A stretch of DNA of 51,151 nucleotides from Nostoc sp. DedSLP01. GTDB taxonomy: Bacteria > Cyanobacteriota > Cyanobacteriia > Cyanobacteriales > Nostocaceae. Where the stretch lies: assembly GCA_034530875.2 (NCBI GenBank), contig JAVRCJ020000049.1, positions 1 through 51,151 of the forward strand, written 5' to 3'. The notes beneath the pieces were generated by a model. The model did not search any database and was not told the origin of the DNA. It worked only from the letters and a program-made list of their open reading frames with translations. Positions 50,774 to 51,151 of the stretch are shown piece after piece (the first letter of the stretch is position 1; each line of letters begins with the position of its first letter). The translations under genes were made by a program, and so were the position numbers.

Positions 50774-51059
50774 ATGAGCAATAACGATGAACCTGAAAAT
50801 TTTTTTGGACAGGGTAGCAATTCTACAACAGACAAAATTAGATTTGGGATTCCCGCCGAGCTAGAACCAACTTATGAGGAGAGGATTCCTTCAGGATACG
50901 ATCCGATGGGTGAGATTTACCTAAGAGGTTGAGCAATGAGAACGATGTCTTCTGGTAGAACGCCTTGGTGGGTACTTATTTGCGGCTATTTATTATTTGG
51001 AGGCTTATTTTTCTTACTGTTAGGTATTGCTATATCATCGATATCTTTAGCTCTAATCC
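50774..51059 (+). pseudogene. Small membrane-protein gene with in-frame TGA and probable mobile-element insertion
   Basis: ATG 50774 reads MSNNDEPENFFG...YDPMGEIYLRG-TGA(50930)-AMRTMSSGRTPWW... in one frame; TIR sequence begins at 51060. Confidence 0.65.
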
Positions 51060-51151
51060 GAATGGCACTAAGAGAAGCTATAAGCTATGCGGAACAAGCT
51101 CCACAGCTTTTAAAGCTATTAAACAATGGAAGGATTTCCTGAATACTGTTT
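51060..51151. mobile_element. Probable end of an IS/MITE running off the window
   Basis: GAATGGCACTAAGA identical to the TIR of the 44421-44607 MITE. Confidence 0.65.

Larger units (their letters stand above)
1..51151. repeat. HIP1 octamer GCGATCGC dispersed throughout
   Basis: Dozens of copies (e.g. 294, 1533, 1758, 4510); typical cyanobacterial highly iterated palindrome. Confidence 0.95.

Noticed and set aside
50930..50932. Selenocysteine or recoded TGA
   Set aside because: No redox motif or evident SECIS; a nonsense mutation is more parsimonious

Overview
Chromosomal segment of a heterocyst-forming (Nostocales-type) cyanobacterium, judged by abundant HIP1 octamers (GCGATCGC), heptamer STRR arrays and the gene content. 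It holds housekeeping and metabolic genes (susB-type sucrose synthase plus a GH65/beta-phosphoglucomutase fusion, mnmG, galE, CapA, SDR, ABC exporter) and four signalling kinases. It also has a pair of signal-peptide-less peptidoglycan hydrolases, an NYN nuclease, an intact IS4-family element with a 9-bp target duplication, and many MITE/REP-like repeats. The most interesting items are: (i) a stand-alone NRPS with A(Ala)-T-C-T-R architecture whose second A domain is deleted, (ii) two apparently paralogous structured non-coding units with near-identical terminators just downstream of it, (iii) a mobile repeat inserted in frame into the NRPS A domain, and (iv) a MITE whose terminal repeat reappears at the window end inside a pseudogene. 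No CRISPR array, tRNA or rRNA was seen. All calls are from motif recognition by eye; no database searches were run.
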